Source: Clostridia bacterium
GTDB taxonomy: Bacteria; Bacillota; Clostridia; Oscillospirales; CAG-272
Reading direction: 5' to 3'
NCBI GenBank assembly: GCA_017451735.1
Contig: JAFTNU010000001.1
Location: forward strand, 11,156 to 75,155
DNA: 64,000 bases
The translations under genes and the position numbers were made by a program. The notes below the pieces were generated by a model. The model ran no database searches, was not told the origin of the DNA, and saw only the letters and a program-made list of their open reading frames with translations. Below, one piece after another: positions 61,992 to 64,000 of the stretch. The stretch's first letter is position 1. Each line of letters begins with the position of its first letter.

Positions 61992-63170
61992 ATGAACGAA
62001 TTTGAACTGAAATACGGCTGTAATCCCAATCAGAAGCCCGCAAGAATTTATATGCACGACGGCAGTGAGCTGCCCATCAGGATCCTGAACGGCCGCCCCG
62101 GCTATATCAACTTTCTGGATGCCTTCAACTCCTGGCAGCTGGTCAAGGAGCTGAAGGCGGCATTGAACCTTCCTGCCGCGACCTCCTTCAAGCATGTCAG
62201 CCCTACCTCGGCGGCTGTGGGCATCCCCATGTCCGAGAAGCTGATGGCTGCCTGCTTTGTGACGCCCGAGGAGGTCAGCACGCCCCTTTCCTGCGCTTAT
62301 GCCCGTGCACGTGGCACCGACCGTATGTGCTCCTTCGGCGACTGGGTGGCACTCTCCGACGTGTGTGATGTGCCCACCGCCAAGCTGATTCAGCGGGAGG
62401 TCTCGGATGGTGTGATCGCCCCCGGCTATGAGCCCGAGGCACTGGAGATCCTCAAGTCCAAGCGCAAGGGAGCCTACAACATCGTGGAGATCGACCCCAA
62501 CTTCGTTCCCGACGAGGTGGAGCGCAAGCAGGTCTTTGGCATCACCTTTGAGCAGGGCAGAAACAATTTTCATATCGGCGAGGAGCTGCTGGAGAATATC
62601 GTGACCGAGAAGAAGAATCTGCCCGAGAGTGCCAAGCGCGATCTGATCATTTCGCTGATCACCCTGAAATACACCCAGTCCAACTCGGTCTGCTATGCCG
62701 TGGACGGACAGGCCATCGGCGTGGGCGCGGGTCAGCAGTCCCGCATCCATTGCACCAGACTGGCAGGCACTAAGGCAGATACCTGGTTCCTGCGCCAGCA
62801 CGAAAAGGTGCTGAATCTGCCCTTTATCGAGGGGTTGGCCCGTCCCACCCGCGATAACGTCATCGATGGCTACATCAACCGAAATGAGGAGGATGTCTGT
62901 GCCGAGGGCAACTGGCAGAAGTACTTTACCCAGCGTCCCGAGCCCCTGACCGATGCCGAGATCAAGGCATATCTTGCCACCAAAACCGATGTGGCACTGG
63001 GCTCCGATGCCTTCTTCCCCTTTGACGATAACATTCAGCGTGCCGCCGCCAGCGGCGTCAAGTACGTGGCCGAGCCCGGCGGCTCGATCCGGGACGATGC
63101 GGTGATCGCATGTGCCGACAAGTATGGCATGGTCATGGCCTTTACCGGCATGAGACTGTTCCATCACTGA
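61992..63170 (+). CDS. purH: AICAR formyltransferase (purH lacking the MGS-like cyclohydrolase domain)
   Basis: ELKYGCNPNQ, SFKHVSP, VGVGAGQQSRIHC, GSDAFFPF, EPGGSIRD. 392 aa, so it is the AICARFT domain only. Confidence 0.85.
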   Translation: MNEFELKYGCNPNQKPARIYMHDGSELPIRILNGRPGYINFLDAFNSWQLVKELKAALNLPAATSFKHVSPTSAAVGIPMSEKLMAACFVTPEEVSTPLSCAYARARGTDRMCSFGDWVALSDVCDVPTAKLIQREVSDGVIAPGYEPEALEILKSKRKGAYNIVEIDPNFVPDEVERKQVFGITFEQGRNNFHIGEELLENIVTEKKNLPESAKRDLIISLITLKYTQSNSVCYAVDGQAIGVGAGQQSRIHCTRLAGTKADTWFLRQHEKVLNLPFIEGLARPTRDNVIDGYINRNEEDVCAEGNWQKYFTQRPEPLTDAEIKAYLATKTDVALGSDAFFPFDDNIQRAAASGVKYVAEPGGSIRDDAVIACADKYGMVMAFTGMRLFHH

Positions 63171-63194
63171 TACCGAAAAGAGAGGAACCTATCG

Positions 63195-64000
63195 ATGAAA
63201 ATTATGGTAGTGGGTGGCGGCGGCCGTGAGCACGCCATCATCCAGAAGCTGAAAGAAAATAAATCGGTGGAAAAGATCTATGCGCTCCCCGGCAACGGCG
63301 GCATCGCCGCCGACGCCGAGTGCGTTGCCATCGGCGCAAAGGATATTCCCGCCATCGTGGAGTTTGCCAAGGCAAATGCCATTGACTTTGCGGTGGTCGC
63401 CCCCGACGACCCGCTGGTGCTGGGCTGTGTGGACGCTCTGGAGGAGCTGGGCATCCCCTGCTTCGGCCCCCGCGCCAACGCCGCTATTATTGAGGGCAGT
63501 AAGGTCTTTTCCAAGGGACTGATGCACAAGTACGGCATTCCCACCGCCGCCAGCTGTACCTTTGACAATCCCGACAAGGCGATTGCTTATCTTGAAAAGC
63601 AGGAGTACCCCACCGTCATCAAGGCAGACGGTCTGGCGCTGGGCAAGGGCGTTGTGATTGCGCAGAATTTCGAGGAGGCCAAGGCGGCCGTCAAGGAGAT
63701 GATGTGCGACAAGGTCTTTGGCGAGAGCGGCAGTCGCATTCTTGTTGAGGAGTTCATGACCGGCCCTGAGGTCTCGGTGCTGGCGTTTATGGACGGCAAG
63801 ACTGTGGTGCCCATGGTTTCTGCCATGGATCACAAGCGGGCCAAGGATAACGATCAGGGCCTGAACACCGGCGGTATGGGCACCGTTGCCCCCAATCCCT
63901 ACTATACCGAGGCGGTGGCAAAGGAGTGCATGGAGAAGATCTTCGTGCCCACCATGCATGCCATGAACGCTGAGGGGCGCCCCTTCAAGGGCTGTCTGTT
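63195..64000 (+). CDS. purD: Phosphoribosylamine-glycine ligase (3' end outside the window)
   Basis: Absent from the ORF track because it has no stop in the window. ATG at 63195 follows AGAGAGG. MKIMVVGGGGREHAI, PGNGG, VIKADGLALGKGV, MDHKRAKDNDQGLNTGGMG. Confidence 0.85.
   Translation, partial: MKIMVVGGGGREHAIIQKLKENKSVEKIYALPGNGGIAADAECVAIGAKDIPAIVEFAKANAIDFAVVAPDDPLVLGCVDALEELGIPCFGPRANAAIIEGSKVFSKGLMHKYGIPTAASCTFDNPDKAIAYLEKQEYPTVIKADGLALGKGVVIAQNFEEAKAAVKEMMCDKVFGESGSRILVEEFMTGPEVSVLAFMDGKTVVPMVSAMDHKRAKDNDQGLNTGGMGTVAPNPYYTEAVAKECMEKIFVPTMHAMNAEGRPFKGCL

Noticed and set aside
61083-63167. 694-aa minus-strand ORF, the longest in the right flank
   Set aside because: It lies antisense to purB and purH, which carry unmistakable motifs on the plus strand. 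Its G/H/L/A-rich low-complexity translation is typical of shadow ORFs in GC-rich DNA.
63189-63959. 256-aa minus-strand ORF
   Set aside because: It is antisense to purD. The purD frame is missing from the ORF track only because it runs off the window without a stop.
1-64000. Search for rRNA, tRNA and CRISPR arrays across the whole window
   Set aside because: I saw no GGTTCGAATCC-type T-arm, no rRNA-like conserved blocks and no repeat-spacer array. This rests on visual scanning only, so a tRNAscan, Infernal or CRISPR-finder run would be needed to be certain.

Overview
This 64-kb window comes from a GC-rich, spore-forming Firmicutes (Clostridia-like) chromosome, judged from GGAGG-type RBSs, a cotJ operon and a split purH with a PurO-like cyclohydrolase. 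The left flank (1-12.1 kb) holds carbohydrate genes (PfkB kinase, GH2 hydrolase, three xylose-isomerase-like TIM-barrel proteins, a frameshifted Zn-dehydrogenase, an AraC regulator), plus ddh and an ABC exporter. The right flank (55.5-64 kb) holds cotJA-cotJB on the minus strand. On the plus strand it holds a ZTP-riboswitch-controlled purE-purC-purM-purN-(IMP cyclohydrolase)-purB-purH-purD operon. The main finding is in the centre: the spore-coat gene cotJC is cut into three co-linear pieces (55583-55492, 35148-34822, 12353-12161) by two unrelated large-serine-recombinase elements. Joining the pieces at the short duplicated cores restores one open 203-codon CotJC frame. Element A (~22.5 kb, 12354-34825, visibly AT-rich) carries defence-type cargo. 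This includes a non-canonical DISARM-like operon: SF1 helicase, DrmA-like DExH helicase, DUF1998/DrmB-like protein, NERD-SF1 helicase, Dam-type methylase and a DGQHR/DndB-like protein. It also carries GIY-YIG/DUF4357, Fic, HTH-DUF3990, a Mn-catalase paralogue and a family of dispersed covarying hairpin repeats. Element B (~20.3 kb, 35149-55496) has a CI/Cro-type switch, an Abi_2 gene, early/replication genes and four secreted or membrane proteins, one of them collagen-like. It also has a polytopic P-loop NTPase and a two-tyrosine HUH Rep next to an iteron- and hairpin-rich non-coding region. It has no recognisable capsid, terminase, tail or lysis genes. No rRNA, tRNA or CRISPR array was seen. 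Family calls rest on motifs recognised by eye, no database search was run, and hand-derived coordinates may be off by a few nucleotides.
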